From contig OZ242214.1 of NCBI GenBank assembly GCA_965206595.1, positions 2,560,001-2,624,000 of the forward strand: a stretch of DNA of 64,000 nucleotides, given 5' to 3'. Below are positions 10,281 through 20,979 of the stretch, piece by piece. Every line of letters starts with the position of its first letter. The first letter of the stretch is position 1. Made by a program: the position numbers and the translations under genes. The stretch is from Candidatus Latescibacterota bacterium. Lineage in GTDB: Bacteria; Latescibacterota; UBA2968; UBA8231. Below the pieces are notes generated by a model that had not been told where the DNA came from, ran no database searches, and saw nothing but the letters and a program-made list of their open reading frames with translations.

Positions 10281-10668
10281 TTACCAGATGCGGTTGACGC
10301 CATACCGGTCAAAGAGCGTCTCGACCGACACGAGGGGGAGGTCGAATGCCAGGGTTTGCGCGATCAACATGCGGTCGAAGGGGTCGCGATGCGGTCCCGG
10401 CAACCGGCCGGCACGTTCGCCGTTGTGGACGGTAATCGGCAACTCCTGGAACCCCCTGGCTCGCGATGCAGCCGGCAACGTCGTGCGCCACCGCCTCGGC
10501 CCCCGCGAGCTTTCCAAGTCGATGCGTGGTAGCGATCTCCCATGCGGAAGCGGCGCTGATGAGGATATCGTTCTCCGGGCGGGCGATTGCGGCGTGGGCG
10601 GCCATGGACAAACGCTTGTTCCCGGTCAGCCATCACTAGAAGGCATGCGTGTCGAGCAGGATGCGCAC
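10281..10668 (-). pseudogene. PIN-domain (VapC) toxin pseudogene
   Basis: Reads GTG-RILLDTHAF-TAG-TGA-WL...ISAASAWEI, then shifts frame at a G5 run (about 10452-10456) into FQELPI...HRDPFDRMLIAQ. Confidence 0.85.
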
Positions 10669-10673
10669 GGGAC

Positions 10674-10907
10674 TCACGACTCCCAGGCGGCCAACTCGGC
10701 CTTCGGGAGCGGGTCGAAGAAACTGTCGTCGACCACAAACTGGCCCTTCATGGCGCCGAACCGCCGGATGCCCGGACGATCTTCGTAGCGGACGAGCCGA
10801 GCAACCGGTATACCGTTGCGGACAATCACGACCTCCTCACCGGCCTCTGCCCCCGCCAGGAGGCGGGAGAGCTGGATTTTGGCTTCATGGACATTGACAA
10901 CTGACAT
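10674..10907 (-). CDS. Phd/YefM family antitoxin
   Basis: MSVVNVHEAKIQLSRLL...GEEVVIVRNGIPVARLV...FFDPLP. Confidence 0.9.
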   Translation of the reverse strand: MSVVNVHEAKIQLSRLLAGAEAGEEVVIVRNGIPVARLVRYEDRPGIRRFGAMKGQFVVDDSFFDPLPKAELAAWES

Positions 10908-10938
10908 CGTTGGACTCCTCTCGCAACAGCTTCAATCT

Positions 10939-10967
10939 CGACTTAGCTAAGTCGTATAGCCAAGTCG
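10939..10967. promoter_or_regulatory. palindromic operator upstream of antitoxin (probable TA autorepression site)
   Basis: Perfect 16-bp palindrome CGACTTAGCTAAGTCG (10939-10954) plus adjacent partial copy TAGCCAAGTCG. Confidence 0.6.
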
Positions 10968-10974
10968 GTTCAGG

Positions 10975-11403
10975 TCAAATCCCGGGAGATAATCCCCCAC
11001 TCAGGAAATCGACCGGACTCAAAATCGGAATGTTGTGAAATGGCGACAGTACCTGCAGGTCCTGATCGCCGGTGACAACACATTCAGCCTCTCCCATGAG
11101 CGCCGTTTCGAGAAACTTGTCGTCTTCCGGATCGCGACATCCCAGTCTTGCTCCCACGATCGACACCCATTCCGAAACGGGCTCGAGCAGGGCCAGAAAT
11201 ACCGACCGGTCTTCACGGCGTACATAGTTGGCGAACTTGGAATGACCGAGCCGGGTCTCCAGCTCGTCGAAGGTCTCGTCGGAGAATAGAAGAACCCCGT
11301 TCGGCGCTCGTATTGCATCCACGACCGCCCGCGGCGACCCATCGGGTTTCAGTGCAGCGCTGATCAGAACGTTCGTATCCAGAACGACCCGATCAGCTTT
11401 CAT
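10975..11403 (-). CDS. PIN-domain toxin (type II TA)
   Basis: RVVLDTNVLISA, CRDPEDDKFLE, VTGDQDL. Confidence 0.9.
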   Translation of the reverse strand: MKADRVVLDTNVLISAALKPDGSPRAVVDAIRAPNGVLLFSDETFDELETRLGHSKFANYVRREDRSVFLALLEPVSEWVSIVGARLGCRDPEDDKFLETALMGEAECVVTGDQDLQVLSPFHNIPILSPVDFLSGGLSPGI

Positions 11404-11644
11404 CGGCCAGGAGTTCTTCCAGGCGCTCGGCGGTCAAACCGCTGGCCGCGGCCTCGGCTCCCAGACGGTCCATGGTCTCGGTCAGGCGAGCCCATGCCGC
11501 GCCCCGCAGCCGTTCGTACTGTTCCATCGACATCACGACGCCGACGGGCCTGCCTTTCTTGGTAACGCAGACAGGAGCGCTTTGGGCGGCATCCAGCAAG
11601 CGGCCGAACTGGTTTTTTGCCTCTCTGGCAGCGATCTCTTTCAT
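11393..11644 (-). CDS. Phd/YefM family antitoxin
   Basis: MKEIAAREAKNQFGRLLDAAQSAPVCVTKKGRPVGVV; overlaps the toxin start. Confidence 0.9.
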   Translation of the reverse strand: MKEIAAREAKNQFGRLLDAAQSAPVCVTKKGRPVGVVMSMEQYERLRGAAWARLTETMDRLGAEAAASGLTAERLEELLADES

Positions 11645-11650
11645 GGACCT

Positions 11651-11664
11651 ATAATAGCTATTAT
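11651..11664. promoter_or_regulatory. palindromic operator overlapping the promoter of the second TA pair
   Basis: Perfect 14-bp palindrome ATAATAGCTATTAT, 6 nt upstream of the antitoxin ATG. Confidence 0.55.
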
Positions 11665-11848
11665 GGCCTTCTGCGGCACACTTCACCCAATTCAGTTGTA
11701 GCTTCTTCCAGCCATTAACTCAGGGACATTAACCAGTATATTCCCTTCCCGCCGAAAAGATTCCAGGCCATGGACTGTAAACCGATGCGCCCGCCATGGC
11801 CGGCGGATTTTCTCATTTCATTACCCAGTACCTGACGCCTGACCGGAA

Positions 11849-12757
<909 letters not shown>

Positions 12758-12835
12758 TGCCGCGCTCTGCGGGCGGAAGGGCTCCGGGAACCTGGATCCG
12801 GGCCCGGTGGTTTCCAAACCGGTGGGAGAAACAAG

Positions 12836-12868
12836 GCGGCACCTACTGCGCGGCACCTACTGCGCGGC
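12836..12868 (+). repeat. 14-bp exact tandem duplication in the FDH upstream region
   Basis: GCGGCACCTACTGC twice, followed by GCGGC. Confidence 0.8.
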
Positions 12869-12903
12869 TTATATTCTCAGGCGCGCAAACCGGACAACTG
12901 CTG

Positions 12904-14580
12904 ATGACTTCATTTAACAACGGCCACCTCATCGACGCCTGGCGCGGGCAGCCTGCCCCCCTGCTGCCGGTGCTGCACGCCTTCCACGACCGCGATCAGT
13001 TCCTCAGCGATGCCGCCATCGAGGAGGTGGCCGGGGGCCTGAAAATCCCCCTCGCCGAGCTCTTCGGCACGGTGACCTTCTACCATCACTTCGCCCGCAA
13101 CCGCCCCGGGCAGGCCGCCCCCCGGGTCTGCAGCGGCCCGGTCTGCTGTCTGCGCGGCGCCGGCGATCTGGTCGAATCCCTCGAGGGCGCCACCCCCATG
13201 CCCTGCTCCGGGCGCTGCGACGAGCCGATCCCGGTGCTCGTCGGCCACCAGACCCTGGTGGGGTCCCCGGACGGGACCCTGCGGGAGCTCCCTTCCCCGC
13301 TGCCCGCCCCCAATCCGGGGGGCTGCGAGGAGTGCGTCTTCGCCGGCATCCGCCTTCCCGGCCGCGCCGGCATCGGGGGGTACCGCGGCAGCGGCGGGTA
13401 CGAAGCGCTCGAGCGCGCCCTCGGGGACATGCCGCCGGAGGAGCTGCTCGACCTGATCGCCGACAGCGGCCTGGCGGGACGGGGCGGAGCCGGGTTCCCG
13501 ACCGGGCAGAAGTGGCGGGCGGTCGCCGACGCCCCGGGGAGTCCGAAGACGGTGGTCTGCAACGCCGACGAGGGAGAGCCGGGCTGCTTCAAGGACCGCG
13601 CCCTGCTCGACTACGACCCCCATGCCGTGATCGAGGGGATGCTGCTGGCTGCCTACGCCTCCGGGGCGGAGCGGGGGTTCATCTACCTGCGCTACGAGTA
13701 CCCGGAGACCCAGGAGATTCTCGAGCGCGCCATCGCCGAGGCGGAGGCGGCCAACCTGCTCGGGACCGACATCCTCGGCAGCGGCTTCGAGTTCCGCCTC
13801 TACCTGAGGCGCGGGGCCGGGGCCTACATCTGCGGGGAGGAGGGGTCGCTGCTCAACAGCCTCGAGGGGCGCCACCCGTTCCCGCGCAACCGCCCCCCCT
13901 TTCCGGTCACGCACGGGTACGAGGACCTGCCGACCGTGGTCAACAACGTCGAGACCCTGGTTTCGGCTCCCCCGATCGTGCGCAACGGGGCCGCCTGGTA
14001 CCGGGGGCTCGGCCTCGGGGAGCACGCCGGCACCAAGCTGATCAGCCTCAGCGGCGACATCGAGCGCCCCGGCAACTACGAGGTTCCGCTCGGGCTGCCC
14101 CTGCAGACGCTGCTGAACGACTGGGCCGGCGGCGCCCCGGGCGGCAGGTCGATCCAGGCGGTGACCATGGCCGGCCTCTCCGGCGGCTTCCTCGCCGGCG
14201 ACGACCTCGACGTCACCCTCGACGAACCGGACATTCGCTCCCGCGGCTCCTTCCTCGGCGCCGGCGGCATCATGGTCTACGACGACAGCCGCGACATGGT
14301 CGAGGCCGCGCACGGGGCCATGGAGTTCTTCGCCGAAGAATCCTGCGGCAAGTGCTTCCCCTGCCGCATCGGCACGCAGCGGTTGACCGAGCGCCTCTCC
14401 GGGGCCCCGGGGTCGCCGCGAAAGCCGGCTGCCTGGCGCCGCGAGGTGGAGGACATGGGGGCGGCGATGGCGGCGACCAGCGCCTGCGGTCTCGGCACCG
14501 CGGCCCCCAACATCACCCGCAGCTTGATGAAATACTTTCCCGGAGAAGTGGACAGACACGTGCGCGCCGCGGGCGCGTGA
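12904..14580 (+). CDS. NAD-dependent formate dehydrogenase beta (diaphorase) subunit, fused NuoE-NuoF-like
   Basis: N-terminal 2Fe-2S motif (VTFY..F, VCSGPVC, CSGRC), GRGGAGFPTG, CNADEGEPG, GAYICGEE, ESCGKCFPCRIG, SACGLG. Confidence 0.9.
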   Translation: MTSFNNGHLIDAWRGQPAPLLPVLHAFHDRDQFLSDAAIEEVAGGLKIPLAELFGTVTFYHHFARNRPGQAAPRVCSGPVCCLRGAGDLVESLEGATPMPCSGRCDEPIPVLVGHQTLVGSPDGTLRELPSPLPAPNPGGCEECVFAGIRLPGRAGIGGYRGSGGYEALERALGDMPPEELLDLIADSGLAGRGGAGFPTGQKWRAVADAPGSPKTVVCNADEGEPGCFKDRALLDYDPHAVIEGMLLAAYASGAERGFIYLRYEYPETQEILERAIAEAEAANLLGTDILGSGFEFRLYLRRGAGAYICGEEGSLLNSLEGRHPFPRNRPPFPVTHGYEDLPTVVNNVETLVSAPPIVRNGAAWYRGLGLGEHAGTKLISLSGDIERPGNYEVPLGLPLQTLLNDWAGGAPGGRSIQAVTMAGLSGGFLAGDDLDVTLDEPDIRSRGSFLGAGGIMVYDDSRDMVEAAHGAMEFFAEESCGKCFPCRIGTQRLTERLSGAPGSPRKPAAWRREVEDMGAAMAATSACGLGTAAPNITRSLMKYFPGEVDRHVRAAGA

Positions 14581-14595
14581 ACAGGAGCACCCGAC

Positions 14596-17388
14596 ATGAC
14601 AACGACGACAGCACCTGAAGAGACCAGGGTCGCCGGAAACGGCGCCTTGCTGGAGAACGGCCGGCCTCCTGCCGGTCAGGCGATATCCATCGACGGCACC
14701 GAGGTCGCCTTCACCGAGGGGGAGACCATTTACGAGGCCGCCACCCGCTGCGGACACGACATCCCCACCCTCTGCTACGACCCGCGCCTGGAACCGTTCG
14801 GGGCCTGCCGGCTGTGCGTGGTGGAAGTCGAGGGAGCGCGCACCCCGGTCGCCTCCTGCACCACCAGGGCGGTGGCCGGGATGGCGGTGCGCACCGCCAG
14901 CGGCGAGGTCGAGAAGCACCGCAGAACCCTGCTGGAGATGGTCGCCTCGGAGAACCGCCAGATCGACGTAGACCCCCTCACCTCGTACGCCTCCCAGGAG
15001 CTGGCCCACCTCGTCGATCGCTACGACGCCCGCGGCGGCCGCTTCGCCGGGGCGAAGTCGGGAACGAGCAAGGAGGACGACAACCCCTTCCTGCTGCGCG
15101 ACTACGAGCAGTGCATCTCCTGCTACCGCTGCGTCCGCGTCTGCGCCGAGCAGGAAGGTGATCACGCCATCAGCGTCATGAACCGCGGCTTCCACACGCA
15201 GATCACCACCGAGTTCGACGGCCTGCTCAAGGGCTCCTCCTGCACCTTCTGCGGCCAGTGCGTTCAGACCTGCCCCACCGGGGCCCTCGGCGACAAGAAG
15301 GCCTTGCGCTCCGCGGAGCTGCCGGGCGAGATCGAGAAGACGCGCTCGGTCTGCCCGTACTGCGGGGTCGGCTGCTCGGTCGATCTGCTGACCAAGGAAG
15401 ACGCCCTCGTCGGCATCCACCCGGCCATGGACGGCCCGGCCAACGAGGGGGCGCTGTGCGTCAAGGGTCAGTTCGCCTTCGATTTCGTCCAGCACGGGGA
15501 CCGCCTCGCGCACCCGATGGTCCGCGGCGAGGACGGCGAGCTGCACGAGTCTACCTGGGACGAGGCCCTCGAGCGCGCCGCCGAAGGTTTCCGGCACGCC
15601 GTCGACCGCTACGGCGAGCACAGCGTCTACGGCATCGCCTCCGGGCGCGCGCCCTCGGAAGCGGCCTACACCATGCAGAAGTTCATCCGCGCGGGGTTCG
15701 GCACCAATCAGATAGACAACTGCAGCCGTGCCTGACACGCTCCTACGGTTGCCGGTCTGGCAGCCACGATAGGGCGCGGCGCCATGTCGAACCCGCTGGC
15801 CGACATGGCGAAACCCGACGTGATCTTCTGCATCGGGACCAACATGACCGAGTGCCACCCGGTGGCGGCGACGGGGATCAAGAAGGCCATCGCCCGGGGG
15901 GCCAAGCTCATCGTCGCCGACCCGCGGCGCATTCCGCTGGCCGACATGGCCGACCTCTACCTGCCGCTGCGCGTCGGCTCCGATGTCGCCCTGCTGGCGG
16001 GGATGGCCCACGTCATCGCCCGCGAGGGGCTCGTCGACGAGGAGTTCATCTCCCGGCGCACCAGCGACAGCGGGGCTTTCTTCGAGCACATCGGAGGCTT
16101 CACCCCGGAGTGGGCGGAGGGGATCTCCGGGGTGCCCGCGGCCGACATCGAGAAGGCGGCAATCTGGTACGGCGAGGTCGAGCGCGGCGCCATCTACTAC
16201 ACCCTCGGCATCACCGAGCACATCTGCGGCGTCGACAACGTGCGGTCGCTGTGCAACCTGGCGCTGATGACGGGCAACCTGGGCCGCGAGGGGACCGGCA
16301 TCAATCCGATGCGCGGCCAGAACAACATCCAGGGGGCCGGCGACAGCGGCGCCCTGCCCGACCACTACCCCGGCTTCCAGAAGGTCGGGGACCCGGCCAA
16401 CCGGGAGAAGTTCGGAAAGCTGTACGGGCGCGAGATCGACGGCGAGCGCGGCATCACCAAGGTGACGGCCCTCGACCGCTGCGGCGACGGCATCCACGCG
16501 ATGATCATCAACGGCGAGAACACCCTGATCTCCGACCCGGACCGCGCCCACTGCCAGCACGCCCTCGAAAGCCTCGACCACCTCGTCGTCATCGACATCT
16601 TCCTCACCGAGACCGCGGAACTCGCCGACGTCGTCTTCCCGGCGACCGCCTTCGCCGAGACCGACGGCGTCTGCGTCAACACCGAGCGCCGGGTGCAGCG
16701 GCTGCGCGCCGCGGTGCCGCCCCCGGGAGAGGCGAAACCCGACTGGTGGGTCGTCAGCCAGATCGCGCGGCGGATGGGGATTGCCGGCTTCGATTTCGCC
16801 AGCGCCCGCGACGTCTTCAACGAGCTCTGCAGCCTGTCGCCGATCTACGCCGGCCTCGACTGGGACCGCATCGAGCGCAGCGAGTACCAATGGCCGGTGC
16901 CGCACAGGAATCACCCGGGAACGCCGATCCTGCACGAGGAGGAGTTCCTCAACGGCCGCGGCATCTTCAGCCGGGTCGAGTACCGCGACCCGGCCGAGTC
17001 GGTCAGCGCCGAGTTCCCGGTCTGGCTGACAACAGGCCGCCGGCTGCCGGCCTACCACACCCACACCCAGACCGGCCGCGCCCTGGGAATCGACTACCTG
17101 CTGTCGGAGGAATCGCTGGAGGTGCACCCGGACGACGTCGCCGCCTGGGGGCTGACCGAGGGGGGCTGGTGCCGCCTGAGCAGCGCCAGGGGGGAAGTCG
17201 ACATCAAGGTGCGGGCGACGGACCGGTCGCCGCGGGGCACGGTGTTCGCGAGCTTCAGCTTCAGCGAGGTGCCGGTGAACGTGCTGACCGGATCCGGGTA
17301 CGACCCGGTGACCCACACCGCCGAGCTCAAGGTCTGCCCGGTGCGCGTCGAGCCGCTGCCGGGCCCCGGCGCCAGCACCGCCTCCTGA
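14596..17388 (+). CDS. fdhF: formate dehydrogenase alpha subunit (Mo/W-bisPGD), selenocysteine-containing
   Basis: ORFs 14596-15735 and 15784-17388 are in frame and joined by TGA at 15733-15735 in the active-site context DNCSRA-U-HAPT. N-terminal Fe-S motifs, CPYCGVGC, LCVKG, PMRGQNN. Confidence 0.93.
15747..15765 (+). promoter_or_regulatory. bacterial SECIS hairpin
   Basis: Stem GGTTGCC/GGCAGCC with GGTCT loop, 11 nt after the UGA; resembles the E. coli fdhF SECIS. Confidence 0.75.
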
Positions 17389-17693
17389 GCGCCTGCCCGC
17401 CCGGCTTCCCGGGGAACGGGTTCCGCGGAAGCAGTCGCGCCCGATTCCCCTCAGTCCGGCTCCCCGGGGTAGCCAGGCGCCCAGTTTTGGAAAGGCGCCC
17501 AGCGGCTCCTCTCGACCTTCGAGCCGTGGCCGCCTCCTTGGCGGCGCCTCTGCATGGGCCGCGTTGCCCGGCCCGATTCGGCAAAACCTGGGCCGCCCTC
17601 AGCGCAGGACCGATTCGCACTGCCGGAATCCGGCACGGGCCAGCCTTTAGATTGACCTCCGCTCCGGTCCCCGGCTGACCTGCCGGCCGGGCC

Positions 17694-18563
17694 CTATCCC
17701 TTCCAGGTGTGCAGCGCCGCGCCCCACACCCTTTCGATCTCGCCGCGGGCGACGCAGGCATCCTTCCAGACGTCGGGGAAGCACTCCAGGGCGTACCCCG
17801 AGCCCTGCGGACCGAGCTCGACGACGCCGTACAGCTCCGTCCCGCTCTTTGCCCCCTTCAACCAGGACTCCAGCATGGGTCCCAGGAAATGGTCGCGCCA
17901 CAGGGCGAAGTCGCGGTCGATGCGGCCGCGGCCGTTGGTCACCGGGGTCTGGCAGTGGCTGCCGGTGAAGGGGCGGAAGTGGATCAGTTCCCCTGCCCTC
18001 AGCAGGTCCGGCCGGGCATTGGTCTTCGGCTCCCAGTAGTTGGGGGCCCGCACCTGCTTGATGATGGCCGGATGGGAGTGGTCGAAGTTGATGCGCAGCT
18101 TCTCCTTGTAGCGGCGCTGGTACGCGTCGGCGAGGGCGAAGGTCTTCTCCGGCGTCTCCGTGCAGGTGTCGCGGTGGACCTCGATGGCCGGCTGCAGCCC
18201 GAGCTTCCTGCCCGCATTCATCGCCGCTCTCGCCACAGGTACCGAGACCTCGAGCTCAGTGTCGTGATCGCAGAGCTGCACGTTGACGTGGTAGGCCCCG
18301 ACCTCGACGAACTCCTTGAGGGTCGGCTCGGCCTGCTCCACCTCGGCGATATCGACGCCGCCGACGTAGACCATGCCGTGTTTCTCGCACGCCTTCGCCA
18401 GGTCGGGATCGGCCGCGTGGCTGAAGCCCGCGAACCCGGCCTCCTTTGCCCGTCTGACCTTGGTCTCCATCGACCAGGGTCGTTTCGCCGACGGGTAGTT
18501 CTGCAGCGTCCAGTTGGCGGCGCACAGGTGCAGCTTCGGTTTTACGGCTACTTCTTTGGCCAT
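17694..18563 (-). CDS. xylose isomerase-like TIM barrel protein
   Basis: AKEAGF, EVHRDT, FDHSH, ELGP..SGY. Confidence 0.7.
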   Translation of the reverse strand: MAKEVAVKPKLHLCAANWTLQNYPSAKRPWSMETKVRRAKEAGFAGFSHAADPDLAKACEKHGMVYVGGVDIAEVEQAEPTLKEFVEVGAYHVNVQLCDHDTELEVSVPVARAAMNAGRKLGLQPAIEVHRDTCTETPEKTFALADAYQRRYKEKLRINFDHSHPAIIKQVRAPNYWEPKTNARPDLLRAGELIHFRPFTGSHCQTPVTNGRGRIDRDFALWRDHFLGPMLESWLKGAKSGTELYGVVELGPQGSGYALECFPDVWKDACVARGEIERVWGAALHTWKG

Positions 18564-18598
18564 GGCGATCTGCTCCCGTTGTCTCAGGTGATGGGTGC

Positions 18599-19429
18599 TC
18601 AGTGGGTAATCCGGCCGGCGCCGGAATAGATGTTGAAGCCGCGTCCGCGCAGGAACCCCAGCAGCGTCAGGCCGGCCTCGCGCGCCAGGTCGACCGCCAG
18701 GCTCGACGGCGCCGAGACCGCGGCGACCACGGCTATCCCCGCCATTCGCGCCTTCTGCACGATCTCGAAGCTGGTGCGGCCGCTCACCATCAGCAGCGAC
18801 TGCTTCGGGGGCAGGCGGTCGCGCAGGAGAAAGGACCCGACGAGCTTGTCGACGGCGTTGTGGCGCCCGACGTCCTCGCGCAGGGCAAGCAGCTCTCCCC
18901 GGCGGTCGAAGAGCCCGGCCGCGTGCAGCGAGCCGGTCTGATCGAACACCTTCTGCGCCTGCCTCAGCTTGGCGCTCAATCCGTACAGGGTTTCGGCGCC
19001 GATGCGGAAATTCGCCTCTGCCAAAGGGGGGGCTTGGGCTGCGATATGGTCGATGCTCGCCTTACCGCACACGCCGCAGCTCGAGGAGGCGTAGAAGTTG
19101 CGCTTGAGGCGGTCGAAGTCGAAACGGACCCCTTCGGCCAGCCTGACCTCGACGACGTTCTCGAGGTTGGGCGGCTCCGCATCCTTGCAGTAGGAGATCG
19201 CCCCCAGCTGTCCGGGTGCGTCGATCAGGCCTTCGGTCAGCAGGAATCCGGCGACCAGGTCGAAGTCGTCGAGGGGGGTGCGCATGATCACGGCGACCGC
19301 TTCCCCGTGCAGGCGGATTTCCAGCGGTTCCTCCACCGTGACCAGGTCGGGCCGCGCCGTATGCTCCCCCCCGCGGTAATCGACCACCTCGCGCTCGACG
19401 ACTCGAACCTGTGTGCGTTCCCGGGCCAT
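18599..19429 (-). CDS. fdhD: formate dehydrogenase accessory sulfurtransferase
   Basis: EEPLEI, MRTP, SSCGVCG, TGSLHAA, REDVGRHNAVDK, SGRTSFEIVQKA. Confidence 0.95.
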   Translation of the reverse strand: MARERTQVRVVEREVVDYRGGEHTARPDLVTVEEPLEIRLHGEAVAVIMRTPLDDFDLVAGFLLTEGLIDAPGQLGAISYCKDAEPPNLENVVEVRLAEGVRFDFDRLKRNFYASSSCGVCGKASIDHIAAQAPPLAEANFRIGAETLYGLSAKLRQAQKVFDQTGSLHAAGLFDRRGELLALREDVGRHNAVDKLVGSFLLRDRLPPKQSLLMVSGRTSFEIVQKARMAGIAVVAAVSAPSSLAVDLAREAGLTLLGFLRGRGFNIYSGAGRITH

Positions 19430-19430
19430 C

Positions 19431-20885
19431 CTACATCGGCCCGACACGGCGGGGACCCCGGTCCATCGCCAGCATGGAGGCGTCGAAGCTCCGCTTCATC
19501 AGCTCGAGCTTCAACGGCTGCGCCTCCGGCTCCGACCACATGTTCTCGAACTCCTCCGGGTCCTCGTCAAGGTCGTACAGCTCTCCCTCGTCGTGGCCGT
19601 GGTAGACGACGAGCTTGTAGCGCTCGTTGCGGTACATGGTGGCGAAGGTGCCGTCCGGCAGATCGACGGCGTCGTAGTACTCGCAGCGCACGAAGTCGCG
19701 GTGCTCCACCTCCTCGCCGCTGAGCAGCGGCAGCAGGGAACGGCCCTGCATGCCCCCGGGCACCTCCAGCCCTGCCAGTTCCAGCAGGGTCGGCGCGATG
19801 TCGAGGAGCTCCACCAGGGCGTCGCAGCGAAGGTCGCTGCAGAGCCTCGGCGGGCAGGAGAAGATCAGCGGCACCCGCACCAGCCCCTCGTAGAAGCGGC
19901 AGCCCTTCTGGATGAGACCGTGGTCGCCGAGCATCTCCCCGTGATCGCTGGTGAAGATGACGACCGTGTCCTCGAGCTGCCCGCTGTCCTCGAGGGCCTG
20001 CACGATGTCGCCGACGCGGTCGTCGATCAGCTCGATCATCGCGTAGTACGCCGCCTGCAGGGTGCGGGCGTCGCGGTCGGTGAAATCCCCCTCCGCAGGC
20101 GCCGCCGCTCCCGCCCCCGGAGTCTTCGGCGTCAGCGGATTCCGGATGTCGAGCTGGCCGGGGCGGCGCCCCTTTGACTGGAAATCGACCGCGGCGAGGC
20201 GGTGCTGCTGCTCGAGGTCGCTTTCGGCGAACAGCGGCCCGGGCATGCGCTCGCGGTCGAAGCGGTCGCGGTACTGCTTGGGCGGGTTGAACGGCGGATG
20301 CGGGTCGTAGATGTTGACGCTCGCCAGCCACGGCCCCTGCCGTTCCCCGGTGATGAACTCGATCGTCTTCTCGGCGCACCAGGTGGTCTGGTGCAACTCC
20401 GCCGGGACCCCGTCCCGGTCGGCGATCAGGGTGCCGAGGACCTCTCCCTTCGAACGCACCCAGTCGGCGTAGTCGTGCCCCTGCTCCCAGTCGTCGCGCG
20501 GGGCGTGGCTGTACTGCCAGTAGCGGTAGCCGTCGTCGGTGCGCGGCTCGATGCGGCCGCTGGCGCTGGCCAGGTGCAGCTTGCCGATCAGGCCGCAGTC
20601 GTACCCGGCGCCGGCGAGCGTTCTGGTGACCAGCTCGGGGGCCTCGGGGGGAAAGGACTCGTTGCCGTTTCCCAGCACGTGCACGGCGCTGGGGTAGCAG
20701 CCGGTCAGAAAGCTCGCCCGGCTCGGAGTGCAGATCGGGCTCTGGCAGTAGGCGCGGGTGAAGCTGACACCGCTGCGCACGATCCTGTCGATGTTGGGAG
20801 TCGAGACCAGCCTGTTGCCGAGCGCGCCGATGGTGTCGTAGCGCTGCTGGTCGGTGCAGATCCAGAGAATGTTGGGGCGTTTCAT
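19431..20885 (-). CDS. sulfatase (Cys-type, formylglycine-dependent)
   Basis: MKRPNILWICTDQQR, CTPSRAS, GKLH, PHPP, SDHG. Confidence 0.93.
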   Translation of the reverse strand: MKRPNILWICTDQQRYDTIGALGNRLVSTPNIDRIVRSGVSFTRAYCQSPICTPSRASFLTGCYPSAVHVLGNGNESFPPEAPELVTRTLAGAGYDCGLIGKLHLASASGRIEPRTDDGYRYWQYSHAPRDDWEQGHDYADWVRSKGEVLGTLIADRDGVPAELHQTTWCAEKTIEFITGERQGPWLASVNIYDPHPPFNPPKQYRDRFDRERMPGPLFAESDLEQQHRLAAVDFQSKGRRPGQLDIRNPLTPKTPGAGAAAPAEGDFTDRDARTLQAAYYAMIELIDDRVGDIVQALEDSGQLEDTVVIFTSDHGEMLGDHGLIQKGCRFYEGLVRVPLIFSCPPRLCSDLRCDALVELLDIAPTLLELAGLEVPGGMQGRSLLPLLSGEEVEHRDFVRCEYYDAVDLPDGTFATMYRNERYKLVVYHGHDEGELYDLDEDPEEFENMWSEPEAQPLKLELMKRSFDASMLAMDRGPRRVGPM

Positions 20886-20979
20886 CCTGTCTTCTGGTGT
20901 CCTTCGGGGGGCGCGAACCGCTGGAATATAGGTTGGGCAACCCTGCCTGCAATCGCCTCGCGGCAGCCCGAAGGGCGCT

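Noticed and set aside
10094-11760. Integron cassette array explaining the tandem TA genes
   Set aside because: No convincing attC (RYYYAAC...GTTRRRY) structures and no integrase seen
12910-17316. 1468-aa minus-strand ORF
   Set aside because: Antisense shadow of the FDH genes caused by high-GC codon bias; no recognisable motifs
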